From the NCBI GenBank assembly GCA_018238155.1, contig JABCTZ010000036.1, positions 1 to 64,000 on the forward strand: DNA of 64,000 nucleotides, written 5' to 3'. The position numbers and the translations under genes are program-made. Below the pieces are notes generated by a model that saw nothing but the letters and a program-made list of their open reading frames with translations, did not search any database and had not been told where the DNA came from. This DNA is from Candidatus Heimdallarchaeota archaeon (GTDB lineage: Archaea; Asgardarchaeota; Heimdallarchaeia; JABLTI01). Below are positions 37,786 through 48,549 of the stretch, in pieces (the first letter of the stretch is position 1; every line of letters starts with the position of its first letter).

Positions 37786-39408
37786 TTACATAGTAATTTT
37801 TTCTGAATAAATAATATTAGTTATTTTTCCGATACCTTTTGTTCTCCCTTCCCTGAAAAGTATTTTTGCCCCTACTTTCAAATATTCTGGATAATACATG
37901 AATCTAAATCTTACTTTTGCTTTATCTCCCGTTCTCACTACTTCCTTATTCATATCAATGATTTTTGCTGTTTGCCGAATCGTGCCACAATGAATTACTG
38001 CTTGATAATTCTTTTGAATTGTTGTGGAATGATATAATATTAGTACTTCTGCTTCAAATTCTTTTGCCACTTTTGGAATGATTTGTTGGTCAAGTAATAC
38101 CATACCTTTTCTAATTGCAGTTCTTTGAATTCTTTTTAATGCAAATGTTGCCGTTTGACCTGCAACCACTCTTTTAACAGGCAATCGTTTATTATGAATG
38201 CTCTTTACTTTTACTTGTTTGAATTTTCCATTTTCATCTGGTCCTAATTGCAAAATATTGTCGATTGCGATGGATCCACTCAAGAGTGTTCCTGCGACTA
38301 CAGTACCAACTCCTGTAACTGAGTATGTTTCATCGATATGAAATTCTGCCTGTTTATCAATAAATTCTTCCCATTTTTTATTCGCTGGAAGGATATTGAG
38401 AAATCTCCTAAGAAGGGCTAGATTTTCACCTGTAACATTGGATACAAGAAAGATGGGTACAATTCTTCCTGATAAAAGGTTCTTTGCACTCACTATTATA
38501 TCATCTTCATTCCTAATAATAATTGGAATTTTGTTAGACCCAGGCAGTTTCAATAGTTTCGTCAAATTCTCAATAGTTTGTTTTAAGATGTGTTTGGGAC
38601 AGATATCAATTTTTGTTATTACAACAATTACAGGTACTTTTAGAGCTAGGACAATGCCAAGATGCTCTTTTGTCATACCAACCACTCCCATATTTGATCC
38701 GACAACGAGTAATGCATAATCTGGTAGATGGCCTGTTAAACCGAACAGAGTTGTTTTCAGATATTTCTCATGACCTCCTAAATCAATAAAAGTTAATACT
38801 TTTGCACTTTCTTCAATTATTTTCGCCCAAGATTGATTACCTAATAAATTATAATTAACAATTTTTCCTTTGCTATCAAATCCAAGTATCTGTTGACTAA
38901 TACTAGATGTTCTACCTGTTTCCACTTCATGTTTGTGTCGAAAAACATTGACTCGAGTCAATCCTCTCCCATTATCTAATTTCCCTTGTGTAAGCACTCC
39001 AACTAAAGTGCTCTTTCCACTATCAACATTTCCTGCAACTGCAACTCTTATTTCGATATATTCTTCCTCTGCTAGTTTTCGTACTAAAATTTCCGCTACT
39101 TTTCCTGATTCTCCTTCTCTTTCTCTTAAGATAGTTATATCAGCTTGAAGTTGTTCAGCCATTTTCTCAAGGGTTTTAATGGAGTTTTTTAGTTCTTCTT
39201 CATTAATACCTTTGGGATATCCATTATCTTCAATACCAATTTCATAAATCGCTTCTCCTTGCCCTTCTTGTAAGCGGAATTTCATTTGAGTAACTAAATG
39301 CTCAAACCTAGTTGCTGAAGGATCGATTAACTTTAGTTTATATTCAACATTTCCTTCCTCCTTCTCTTGTTCTAAAAAAGGCGTTTTATCTTTTTTGGAA
39401 GAGGGCAT
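37786..39408 (-). CDS. GTPBP1/GTPBP2-family translational GTPase
   Basis: GNVEYKLKL N-domain, GNVDSGKST, HKHEVETGRTSS, DLGGHEKY, TKID, two beta-barrel domains, FREGRTKGIG. Confidence 0.93.
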   Translation of the reverse strand: MPSSKKDKTPFLEQEKEEGNVEYKLKLIDPSATRFEHLVTQMKFRLQEGQGEAIYEIGIEDNGYPKGINEEELKNSIKTLEKMAEQLQADITILREREGESGKVAEILVRKLAEEEYIEIRVAVAGNVDSGKSTLVGVLTQGKLDNGRGLTRVNVFRHKHEVETGRTSSISQQILGFDSKGKIVNYNLLGNQSWAKIIEESAKVLTFIDLGGHEKYLKTTLFGLTGHLPDYALLVVGSNMGVVGMTKEHLGIVLALKVPVIVVITKIDICPKHILKQTIENLTKLLKLPGSNKIPIIIRNEDDIIVSAKNLLSGRIVPIFLVSNVTGENLALLRRFLNILPANKKWEEFIDKQAEFHIDETYSVTGVGTVVAGTLLSGSIAIDNILQLGPDENGKFKQVKVKSIHNKRLPVKRVVAGQTATFALKRIQRTAIRKGMVLLDQQIIPKVAKEFEAEVLILYHSTTIQKNYQAVIHCGTIRQTAKIIDMNKEVVRTGDKAKVRFRFMYYPEYLKVGAKILFREGRTKGIGKITNIIYSEKITM

Positions 39409-39516
39409 ACTTACAAACTCCTTCTATTATCTAATTAGAATAGCTAATCTTGCTTTATTAATGCTAAGAATTATTTGCTTGTATGGTGTTTATTACTAAA
39501 AAACAAAGGGTATCTC

Positions 39517-40725
39517 TTAATTTTTTATGTCAATTTTTACGTCATGATTTGTTAATTTTCTTACTTCTCTCTGAGCTTCGGCTGCAAAAGAAGCAATGGT
39601 TTTATTTAATTCTTGAAGAGAACTATCCATTTCACGAATTCTACGTTGCTTCCTATTTTCGTTTTTCTCTAAAGATTCTTGCGCTTCTTTATATTCTTGT
39701 ATTTGATCCTTCAAACCTAAATTATCAATTTTTACTTCAATATTGGTTATCTGTTCTTTTAGCATTAGTAAATCAGTGTGAAGTTCCTTTATAGATCCAT
39801 CAATTACATTATGCGCATATGTTATTGCTTTATTTTTCATTGAAGCTTTCAATTTTATTTTTTCAGCTTTTGCTGCTTCAATCAATATTTCCATTAAATT
39901 ATCTAACTTCTTATGTCCTTCTTCTAACTCCCAAAGAGCCTCTATAGGGTTTTCTCTTAAGAGATTGGCTATTATAATTAACTCAGGAGGAACCATAATT
40001 TTTCCATCTTGTGCTCGAGAAGTTAATTTTCTTAGAGGTTTATCCATTCCTCCAAGTTCTAAACGGAGTTTCTTTCCAATTATTTGGACTTCTTTATTTA
40101 GTTTATCTAATTGTGCTAATACTTCTTTTGATTCAAGAGAAGTTGTACTATTGTTTAATTTTGAAATCTCTTCTAAAATTTCATCAACTTCTGCTTTTTC
40201 AGCAGAAATTTGTTTCTTGAGATTATCTCGACTTTCAACTTTGCTGATAATCAGCGAAATTTTCTCAGAAGTATTATCTACTTCTTGGAGAAGTACAGTT
40301 TTATTTTCGATGAATTGATTAAAGTCCTGATAATTTTTTTGTATTCTAGTAAGAGCTCTATTTAAAATAAACACTCTTGTTTTGTATTTTCGCTTCAAGT
40401 TTGGAATGAATCTTCTACCAATTATCATAACTCTTTGCAAAAACTTTCCCAAACTTTTAACCCACTCTTCCGTTGACTTATAAGTAATCTTTTCGGGATA
40501 CTCAAAATTAGTAACCATCGCAGTCATTTTTTCGAAGATATTTTGTGAGGAACGCGTTTCAGCATCTATGGTATCTCCAATTTCGAAATCTTGTGCTGCA
40601 AGTTCCAATTCTCCCATCGAAGATCTGACTAATTCAATTCTCTTATGTATTTCTTGCCGCACTTTTTTTACACTATTTTCGGTTTCATCTTTAAACCATT
40701 TATTCATTTTACTTAGTGAAATCAA
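39517..40725 (-). CDS. hypothetical coiled-coil protein
   Basis: 402 aa, heptad-rich, no catalytic motifs. Confidence 0.7.
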   Translation of the reverse strand: MISLSKMNKWFKDETENSVKKVRQEIHKRIELVRSSMGELELAAQDFEIGDTIDAETRSSQNIFEKMTAMVTNFEYPEKITYKSTEEWVKSLGKFLQRVMIIGRRFIPNLKRKYKTRVFILNRALTRIQKNYQDFNQFIENKTVLLQEVDNTSEKISLIISKVESRDNLKKQISAEKAEVDEILEEISKLNNSTTSLESKEVLAQLDKLNKEVQIIGKKLRLELGGMDKPLRKLTSRAQDGKIMVPPELIIIANLLRENPIEALWELEEGHKKLDNLMEILIEAAKAEKIKLKASMKNKAITYAHNVIDGSIKELHTDLLMLKEQITNIEVKIDNLGLKDQIQEYKEAQESLEKNENRKQRRIREMDSSLQELNKTIASFAAEAQREVRKLTNHDVKIDIKN

Positions 40726-41299
40726 TTTGTTTCATCCCTAGAACAATGTATATTCCATAATTATTATGCTGAAATTAATTTTTAGGTATATTACTAAATT
40801 GTAAATGCTGTTTTATTTATGTTTGCATTTTTAGGTCTATTACTACTTTTTATTGATTTATCTCTCTTGAAAAGAGAGATTGCTATTTCACTTAAATCAT
40901 TTGGGTTAACTGGATTATCAATAATTTTGATTCTTCCTAATTCCTACTACTCTTTTACTGTGAAGAATAATACTCTTTTTTTTTGACACAATGTTGTTTT
41001 ATAACGATAGACTACCAATCATCAAATGATAGTTTCTTCACTCCGTTAAGTTGAGTGAGCTCACAAGAAATCTAATTAGCAAAATGTCTTTGAGATTTAA
41101 TTAATAAAGATAGACCATGTTTCCTTTTCTCATTCTATATAATTTGCTAAATTATTAAAATATTGATTAATAAGAAGAATTTTTAATTATGAATCAGAGA
41201 AAAAGACTTTTAACTAGGTTATTCAGAGTTTTGAAAATTAGGATTAACTTTAATTATAAGTAAAGATTATAGTATTCTGATACAGAAATTTTCTGTAGG

Positions 41300-42190
41300 A
41301 TGAAAGTAATGCCTTCAAAACAAGTAGATAAAACAAATCTAAAAGAATCAGTAACTGAAATTAAAAAGAAATTTCACATAGTTGGACGAACAAGTGAATT
41401 AATGAGATCCCTCGCAGCAAAAGCTGCTGGAAGACATATTCTATTAGAAGGTCCTGTTGGTGTGGGAAAAACAGAAATTGCTCATGCACTTGCTGCTTAC
41501 CTTAATACAAAATTTGTTAGATTTGATGGGGATGAAAGATATCATCCTGATAAATTAGTTGGTCATTTCGATCCTCCTGTAGTCTTAGAGAAAGGATATT
41601 CCTTTGATTCCTTTGTTTCAGGACCACTTATTCGAGCTATGAACAGTGGAGCTATTCTTTTTGCGAATGAGATTAATCGTTGCCCTGAATCTACACAAAA
41701 TGTTCTGTTATCTGCTATGGATGAAGCAAGAATTGTTATACCAAAACTTGGTGAAGTAAACGCAAAAGATGGCTTCTTTATAATTGCAACACAAAATCCT
41801 GTAGAATTTATAGCAACAACACCATTGGGTGAAGCTATTAAAGATAGATTCGTTTGGATTAGATTAGATTATCAATCCGCTGTAGAAGAGAAGCAAATAG
41901 TTGCCGCAAAAATGAAAGATGCCCCCAAAGAACTCGTTGAATATTCTGTAAACATAGTAAGAGAAACACGTATTTCAGCTAAATTACGAAGAGGGTCTAG
42001 CATCAGAGGTGCTATTGATTTAGCTTCAATTATTTTTGAATTTGAGGACAGGTCAATGCAAACCTGGATAGATATCAGTATAATGGCACTTGCAACTAAA
42101 ATAGAATTGGAAGATGGCATAGAAGAAAAAATTGAGACTGTAATCGAAGAAATTGTCCGAAAGGTTATTGGTAAGTTTTTTCGGACCTAG
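41300..42190 (+). CDS. MoxR-family AAA+ ATPase
   Basis: Walker A GPVGVGKT, Walker B variant LFANEINR, IATQNP, EAIKDRF. Confidence 0.9.
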   Translation: MKVMPSKQVDKTNLKESVTEIKKKFHIVGRTSELMRSLAAKAAGRHILLEGPVGVGKTEIAHALAAYLNTKFVRFDGDERYHPDKLVGHFDPPVVLEKGYSFDSFVSGPLIRAMNSGAILFANEINRCPESTQNVLLSAMDEARIVIPKLGEVNAKDGFFIIATQNPVEFIATTPLGEAIKDRFVWIRLDYQSAVEEKQIVAAKMKDAPKELVEYSVNIVRETRISAKLRRGSSIRGAIDLASIIFEFEDRSMQTWIDISIMALATKIELEDGIEEKIETVIEEIVRKVIGKFFRT

Positions 42191-42200
42191 TGAGATAGTA

Positions 42201-43262
42201 ATGCCTCAAACAGGTGGTGGTCGTGCTCCACCTCAATTTGGTCGCTTAACACCAGAAAAACTTATTGAAGCCGAAATTGTTTCTGGTACTCGTTCAGCTG
42301 AACAATATCAAGATATGACCAAGGGAATGAAATTCCCTAAAATTAAAAAAATGACCGAGCTTGCTATTGAATATGATAATATTCCTGCTCTAAAAGGCAT
42401 AGCTAAAAGCAATCAATTTGCTGTTGCTGAGGCACTACAATCAAACGAAGGTGTAAGAATGCTTGAAAGAAGAGCTGCAAGAGGCGAGGGTAGTGCACCC
42501 GAATTGTTCTTTATGTTGCGGAGCAATTTTGACCCACAATATCGAAAAATCTATCGAAGATTAGCAAGAAAATCAGTTTTGAAATCCTCTTACAGAGTTG
42601 TTGGTCGAGGACTGAAAGGTGAATTGCGTATTAAAACTGAATATGAACCTGGAATGACTGATTTTGACATGGATAATTTAATTGAGAAATTTCTGTTAAA
42701 TCGATATATTCAATATTCTGATATCGTTGCTATTGAACGAAGAAGCAGAGAAAATATTGGTGTGTTAATGTTTGATACTTCTGGTTCATTATATGGAGAA
42801 AAGTTTAGAAATGCCGCAATGGCAGTAGCTATACTCGCTTATCATTTAGCAAAAGAAAAATATGCCGTAATTCTTTTCAACACAAATGCAACAATAATAA
42901 AACATCTGGATGAAAAAGTAAAGATAGATGATTTAATCGATAGAGTACTCGAAAGTGAATCCGCAGGTTATACTAATCTCTCTGAAGCATTAAAAACTGG
43001 TTTAGGTGAATTGAATAAGGACAAACACACCGAGAAATTTGGTGTACTAATTACTGATGGATGCTTCAATAGAGGAGTTGACCCACGATCTTTTGCAAAA
43101 AGTTATTTCAACTTGCATGTTCTAGGTCTTCCAACAGAAAAAGCTTGGGGTGAAACCGTTTGTCGTGATTTAGCAAGAATTGGTAAAGGACGCTTTATGA
43201 GAGTAAGCAGTCTAAATCAAATACCAAGAATTCTAATGAAATTATTGCGAAAGAAAGGTTAA
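42201..43262 (+). CDS. vWA (MIDAS) domain protein, MoxR partner
   Basis: FDTSGS (DxSxS), GYTNLSEAL, LITDG; start placed at ATG 42201 (ORF track gives 42153). Confidence 0.85.
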   Translation: MPQTGGGRAPPQFGRLTPEKLIEAEIVSGTRSAEQYQDMTKGMKFPKIKKMTELAIEYDNIPALKGIAKSNQFAVAEALQSNEGVRMLERRAARGEGSAPELFFMLRSNFDPQYRKIYRRLARKSVLKSSYRVVGRGLKGELRIKTEYEPGMTDFDMDNLIEKFLLNRYIQYSDIVAIERRSRENIGVLMFDTSGSLYGEKFRNAAMAVAILAYHLAKEKYAVILFNTNATIIKHLDEKVKIDDLIDRVLESESAGYTNLSEALKTGLGELNKDKHTEKFGVLITDGCFNRGVDPRSFAKSYFNLHVLGLPTEKAWGETVCRDLARIGKGRFMRVSSLNQIPRILMKLLRKKG

Positions 43263-43345
43263 CCTAGTTTAAATAGGAATGACTTTCTCATTTACACTTG
43301 AAGTTTGTTTTTTTTTAAAATAAAAAAAAAGAAGATATTGCTGAA

Positions 43346-43651
43346 TCAAAGATTGAACATTTTGCTTAAATCTTCACTTTCTTCTTCTTTTTGTGGTTTT
43401 TTCTTTCTGGTGTAAGCAGATATTAACTCAGGATGGTTGTGTTGAACGTGTTGTCTCCAATTTTTTACCATCACACCACAATAACCACAAATACTTAACG
43501 CCTCTTTTTCCTCTCTTTTCTTTAGATATTCGGCATATTTTGGATGTTTTCTTTTCATATGTTCTTCTACGTCATCGACCAAGCATTGACAAATTTTGCA
43601 AAATTTAAGTCCTTGCCTTTTATTTTGAATAATGGATGATTTAGCACACAA
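43346..43651 (-). CDS. small protein with two C2H2-type zinc fingers
   Basis: CKIC-x9-HMKRKH and CGYC-x9-HVQHNH. Confidence 0.7.
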   Translation of the reverse strand: MCAKSSIIQNKRQGLKFCKICQCLVDDVEEHMKRKHPKYAEYLKKREEKEALSICGYCGVMVKNWRQHVQHNHPELISAYTRKKKPQKEEESEDLSKMFNL

Positions 43652-44053
43652 TTTGAGGTTCCTCGGCGTGTTTTTTTTTTAAAAGCTCATTATTTCTATA
43701 TCAAGAATTATCAATCAAGATACAATATATTAAATTCTTATCACTTCGTATAAAAGTATTACTCGTGTTGCTTTTTTTCGAAAAAGGAGCAGTAACAAAG
43801 AGCTAATTTGAATATTTTTGTCGACATATTGTCTAAAAAGAAATAATTGCACTATCTAAATAGTGTTTTTTTCAGTTGAAAATTAACATAAATTTCGAGC
43901 GTTTTAAGGCTTTTTTTTGTCCGTAGAAAGCAAATTTTAGAAAATATTAAAGAAACATCATTTCTATTTTTTACATAGTTCTTTAGAAAAAAAAATAAAG
44001 TAGTACATATATTGTATTCAATGCTATATATCTAGGAGCAAAGAGATCCGATT

Positions 44054-44947
44054 ATGACAACACGTATTGCTTGGGCAATTACAGGCGCAGGTTGCTGGTT
44101 AACAGAAAGTTTTGCCGTTCTAGGAAAGTTATTGAAAAAGGACGGGATTAAAATTGATTTATTCTTCAGTAAAGCTGGTAGAGAGGTTGCACAATGTTAT
44201 GGTGTGTTTGAGTCTCCAGTACCAATGAAAACACCATTTATTGACAAAATTCGTGAAATACCGAATTTTAATGAGGATATCTTTATGCCTAATTTTGTTG
44301 AAAAATTTCAATGGTTAGGTGCAAAGGATACTCGAGATCTTAAGAAAACTATGATAACGAAATCTCTAGAAGAAGAATTTGATTTTGAAGAAGCTTTTCG
44401 TGATGTTGTTTTTGAAATAGATGAAGGATCTAGTTTTCCAACAGCAGCAACAGCTTCTAATAATCGGTATGATGTAATAGTTATTTCCCCTGCAACAGGC
44501 AACACTGTGGCAAAAATTTCTCAAGGTATAGCGGATAATTTAGTTACAAATTTAGCTATAATGGGTAGTAAAAGTGAAAATACACCTGTAATTATCATTC
44601 CAACTGATTTCAAAGAAGGAATTTCAAAAAGCTATTTACCAATAATGCTTCATTCCGATACATGCAAAAAATGCTCGGAATGTTCTTCTCTTTGGGCTTG
44701 TAAACCAGGAGCTATCCGAAGAAAAAGGGGAAAAGTACAAATTCATCGTTTGAAATGTACCGGTTGTTTGGATTGTGTACGATATTGTCGACATGGTATC
44801 ATTACTTTTCTTGAAGAAATTGAAGTACATGTAAGGTCACGTGAGGTAGACGCAACAAACTTGCTCAAAAGCCAACGTGGTTTTAAAGTCTTGGGAACAC
44901 CAGAAGACGCTTACAATTATATCAGTAAGATGCTGAAAAAGAGCTAG
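44054..44947 (+). CDS. AfpA-family flavoprotein with 2x[4Fe-4S], dihydromethanopterin reductase DmrX-like
   Basis: IAWAITGAG, SPATGNTVAKISQGIADNLVTN, CKKCSEC...C and CTGCLDCVRYC. Confidence 0.82.
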   Translation: MTTRIAWAITGAGCWLTESFAVLGKLLKKDGIKIDLFFSKAGREVAQCYGVFESPVPMKTPFIDKIREIPNFNEDIFMPNFVEKFQWLGAKDTRDLKKTMITKSLEEEFDFEEAFRDVVFEIDEGSSFPTAATASNNRYDVIVISPATGNTVAKISQGIADNLVTNLAIMGSKSENTPVIIIPTDFKEGISKSYLPIMLHSDTCKKCSECSSLWACKPGAIRRKRGKVQIHRLKCTGCLDCVRYCRHGIITFLEEIEVHVRSREVDATNLLKSQRGFKVLGTPEDAYNYISKMLKKS

Positions 44948-45000
44948 CTTTTAGCAAACTCTCTTAATATGAGAGTTAAATTACTTTATCTTGGAGCTGA

Positions 45001-46617
45001 GTGTTTATGTTAAATTCAAAAAGAAAAAAAAACAATAAAATTCTTGCTTTAACTGGACGTTCTGCAGAAAAAATAGTCAGAAGTATCGTTCCATCAAATG
45101 TAACTGTTAAAGTATTGCCGATAGATGTTGCTGCTTTTATTAATAAGGATTTAATACTAAAAAATTTAACAAAAGAAGAAGCGCAAAAATATGATTTAAT
45201 TTTAACACCGGGTTTTGTTCAAGGAGATCTAGCTTCTTTACATACTTTACTTGGAGTGTCTGTTGTAAAAGGTCCAAGATATGCAAGTGATATCAAATTG
45301 GCAGTTACTGAACTGGATTTTGATGAGTTTTCCTCAAAATATTCCGCAGATAGATTTCTCAAAAAGAAAAAATATTCTCAAACCCGTCAAATTCTAAATG
45401 ATGGATTTAATAGACCGGTAAATGAAAAAATAGGTGAATTTATTCTCGGAGTTGGGAATACTTTTCCTATTGGGATAAATCGTCCACCTATTGTTATGAG
45501 TGAAATTATTGATGCACCAAAATTGACTATGGAGGAAGTGCTAACAAGAGCACAATTCTTCATCAATAGCGGAGCCAATGTGATTGATATTGGTGCAATA
45601 GCAAAAAACCCACAACCAGCAAAAATCAAAACGATAATTACTGAGCTCCAAAAATTGAAAAAAAGCAACAATATTATTTTGAGTATTGATACACTAAATG
45701 AAGAAGAAATTTTAGCCGCTGTTGATGCAAAAATAGATTTAATCTTAAGTATAGATCACGGAAATGTTAATCAGCTAATTGATAAAATACCTAAAGAAAC
45801 TGGGATTGTTTTTTTACCTACAAATGTAAAGGAAGGTTTCATGCCTAAAACATCTGAAGATCGAGTAAAATCTTTGATCAAGTTAAGGGATAAATTACGA
45901 GCTGCAGGTTATACAAAACTTTTCGCTGATCCAATAATTGAAATGCCAATATATCCCGGTTTTGCATCTTCTTTAGAAAGTTATATTCAATACAGAAAAA
46001 TAGATTCAACAACACCTATGATGACTTGTATAGGAAATGTTACTGAATTTATTGAAGCTGATCCCGTAGGAATAAATACTCTATTTGGATGTTTAGCAGT
46101 AGAATTAGGCATTCAATTGCTTCTAATGACTGACTTTAGTGTAAAATGTCGTGGAGGAACAAAAGAGATTGTGAAAGCAAGAGATTTAGCTTTTGCAGCT
46201 AAGAAGAGAAATTCTCCACCTATAGGTCATGGCGTTAACATACTCTTAGCAAAGAGTAGAACTGATTTTGAAATTGAGATACCTATAAACAAAGATTTGG
46301 AAATTATTGATCTAACAAGTGATGATGGAGCATTATATACAATGCATTATGACTTGGACCCAAAAGGTAGTTTTACAATTTGGATCAATAACCAAAAACA
46401 GAAGATATATGTTTCTCATTTAGATATTTCTTGTAAGAAACCTGATTTATTGTTAATATCTTCAGAAGCGAGAATGCTTTTTGAAGAAATTACTAAAAGA
46501 GGATTATTATCAAAAATGGATCATGCATTTTACCTTGGAAGAGAATTAGAACGAGCAGAAATCTGCCTCTATTTAGGGAAAACATACATCCAAAACGAAC
46601 AGGCATTTAAAGACTAA
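45001..46617 (+). CDS. archaeal dihydropteroate-synthase-like protein with C-terminal DUF4346-like domain
   Basis: ALTGRSA, LPIDVAAF, SEIIDAP, IDIG, GNVTEFIEADPVG, DPKGSF...HAFYLGRELERAE. Confidence 0.82.
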   Translation: MFMLNSKRKKNNKILALTGRSAEKIVRSIVPSNVTVKVLPIDVAAFINKDLILKNLTKEEAQKYDLILTPGFVQGDLASLHTLLGVSVVKGPRYASDIKLAVTELDFDEFSSKYSADRFLKKKKYSQTRQILNDGFNRPVNEKIGEFILGVGNTFPIGINRPPIVMSEIIDAPKLTMEEVLTRAQFFINSGANVIDIGAIAKNPQPAKIKTIITELQKLKKSNNIILSIDTLNEEEILAAVDAKIDLILSIDHGNVNQLIDKIPKETGIVFLPTNVKEGFMPKTSEDRVKSLIKLRDKLRAAGYTKLFADPIIEMPIYPGFASSLESYIQYRKIDSTTPMMTCIGNVTEFIEADPVGINTLFGCLAVELGIQLLLMTDFSVKCRGGTKEIVKARDLAFAAKKRNSPPIGHGVNILLAKSRTDFEIEIPINKDLEIIDLTSDDGALYTMHYDLDPKGSFTIWINNQKQKIYVSHLDISCKKPDLLLISSEARMLFEEITKRGLLSKMDHAFYLGRELERAEICLYLGKTYIQNEQAFKD

Positions 46618-46743
46618 AAGTATTACAAATATGGGTTATTAAACGGAGGGCAAATTTTTCAAAATATGAGCAATTCTTAATAAGCTGATGTTCAATTGAT
46701 TAAGCGGTTAGGAAAGAAAACCAGAAATTAGAGGTTATTTAGA

Positions 46744-47139
46744 ATGAAGTTAGATGAGAATGCAAAATATGCTCAATCACATGAGTGGATTAGAAAAGAA
46801 AGCGATGATGTTTTCGTAGTAGGCATTTCTGATTTTGCTCAAAGCTCAATGAAAGATATCGTATTTGTTGAATTGCCATCAGAAGGAACAACTTTTAAGA
46901 AAGGCGATAAAGCTTGTGACCTTGAGTCTGTGAAATCGGTAGAAGAAATAAAATCTCCAATTGCTGGAGAAGTGACCGCTGTAAATAGTACTCTAGAAGA
47001 TTCTGCTGAGCCAATTAATGATGATCCTTATGGTGAGGGTTGGTTCTTTAAAATAAAAGCATCAAACCCAGCTGAATTTGATGAATTATTATCTCCGGAA
47101 GATTATCGGAAATTCGTTGATTCATTAGGTAAAAAATAA
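46744..47139 (+). CDS. gcvH: glycine cleavage system H protein
   Basis: SHEW, VGISDFAQ, ESVK lipoyl-lysine, NDDPYGEGW. Confidence 0.96.
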   Translation: MKLDENAKYAQSHEWIRKESDDVFVVGISDFAQSSMKDIVFVELPSEGTTFKKGDKACDLESVKSVEEIKSPIAGEVTAVNSTLEDSAEPINDDPYGEGWFFKIKASNPAEFDELLSPEDYRKFVDSLGKK

Positions 47140-47147
47140 TAATTATT

Positions 47148-48548
47148 ATGGAGTCTGATCTTTTCATGAGCGAAAAAAATGAAGGGTCAGCTAACGAGAA
47201 ACAAAAACAAATGGAATCGTACCTTGGTATCAAGGATATTGCCGAACTATACAAGGACATTCCATCTTCAGTTCTTTTCAAACGTCCTTTAGAAATTGCC
47301 GGACCAATGTCTGAACGTGACTTGTCAATTTATATTGACAATGTTCTAACAATGAACAAAAAAGTTATTCCATTTTTGGGCGGAGGTGCACAAAACCACT
47401 TCATCCCTGCTTTAGTTCAAGAAGTAATAAGCAAACCAGAGCTTCAAAATGCTTACACTCCTTATCAACCTGAAGTATCACAAGGAATGCTACAAGGTAT
47501 TTTTGAATATCAAAGTTTGGTTAGTGAATTAACAAATCTTAACGTTACTAATGCATCAATGTACGATTGGGCTACTGCTATTGCAGAAGCATTACTAATG
47601 TCAGTTAGATTGTTAAAAAAGAGAAAAAAAGTACTAATCACTGCGAGTGTTCATCCTGATAGATTATCTGTCATTAAAAATTATCTAGATGGACCAAAAA
47701 TCACCTATGAGTTTGTTCAGATAAATGAAAAGACTGGTCAAGTAGATTTAGCTGACCTCAAAGAAAAATTAACAGAAGATGTTGCTGCCTTTTATTTTGA
47801 AAATCCAAACTGTTTTGGAGTAATTGAAAGTAAGGCTGAAGAAATTTGTAATATGATTCATGCTGTCGATGCAATAGCAATTGCTGGAGTAGATCCAATT
47901 TCATTGGGCATTTTGAAACCTCCTGGAGATTACGGTGTTGATATCGCTGTAGGAGAAGGGCAAGGTTTAGGTATTCCTGTGAGCTTCGGTGGACCTCATT
48001 TTGGTTTCTTCTCAATCAATTATGATAGGAAAACCATTAGACAAATGCCTGGAAGATTGGTCGGAATGACTAAAACCCAAGATGGTACTCAAAGGGCTTT
48101 TGTTCTAACACTTTCAACTCGAGAACAACACATCAGAAGGGAAAAAGCAACAAGTAATATTTGTACAAATCAATCAATTCTAGCATTTGGTGCAGGAGTG
48201 TATCTTTCACTTCTAGGTCCAGAAGGAATAAAATGTACAGCAGAATATTGCTTGACTGCAGCAAAATATCTCTCGAGCAAAATAAACGAACTCAAGAATT
48301 TTGAATCACCTATCTTTACAGGATCACATTATAATGAATTCACCGTGAGATTAAAGAAAGGAAAGATGGCTGAAGTGCAGAAAATGCTCGTAGACAAAGG
48401 TTTTGTTGGAGGATTTTCGTTAGTTGAATGCCACCCAGAATTCGGAGAGACAGCAACCTATTGTGTAACAGAAATGCACACAATGGATGATATTAACAAT
48501 CTTTTAGCAGTACTAGAAGAAATTGACAAGAAACTCGGAGGAAAATAA
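47148..48548 (+). CDS. gcvPA: glycine dehydrogenase (decarboxylating) subunit 1
   Basis: AYTPYQPEVSQG, NASMYD, TREQHIRREKATSNICTNQ. Confidence 0.96.
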   Translation: MESDLFMSEKNEGSANEKQKQMESYLGIKDIAELYKDIPSSVLFKRPLEIAGPMSERDLSIYIDNVLTMNKKVIPFLGGGAQNHFIPALVQEVISKPELQNAYTPYQPEVSQGMLQGIFEYQSLVSELTNLNVTNASMYDWATAIAEALLMSVRLLKKRKKVLITASVHPDRLSVIKNYLDGPKITYEFVQINEKTGQVDLADLKEKLTEDVAAFYFENPNCFGVIESKAEEICNMIHAVDAIAIAGVDPISLGILKPPGDYGVDIAVGEGQGLGIPVSFGGPHFGFFSINYDRKTIRQMPGRLVGMTKTQDGTQRAFVLTLSTREQHIRREKATSNICTNQSILAFGAGVYLSLLGPEGIKCTAEYCLTAAKYLSSKINELKNFESPIFTGSHYNEFTVRLKKGKMAEVQKMLVDKGFVGGFSLVECHPEFGETATYCVTEMHTMDDINNLLAVLEEIDKKLGGK

Positions 48549-48549
48549 T

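Noticed and set aside
40730-41295. replication origin in the long AT-rich intergenic region
   Set aside because: No ORB/mini-ORB repeats seen and no cdc6/orc1 nearby
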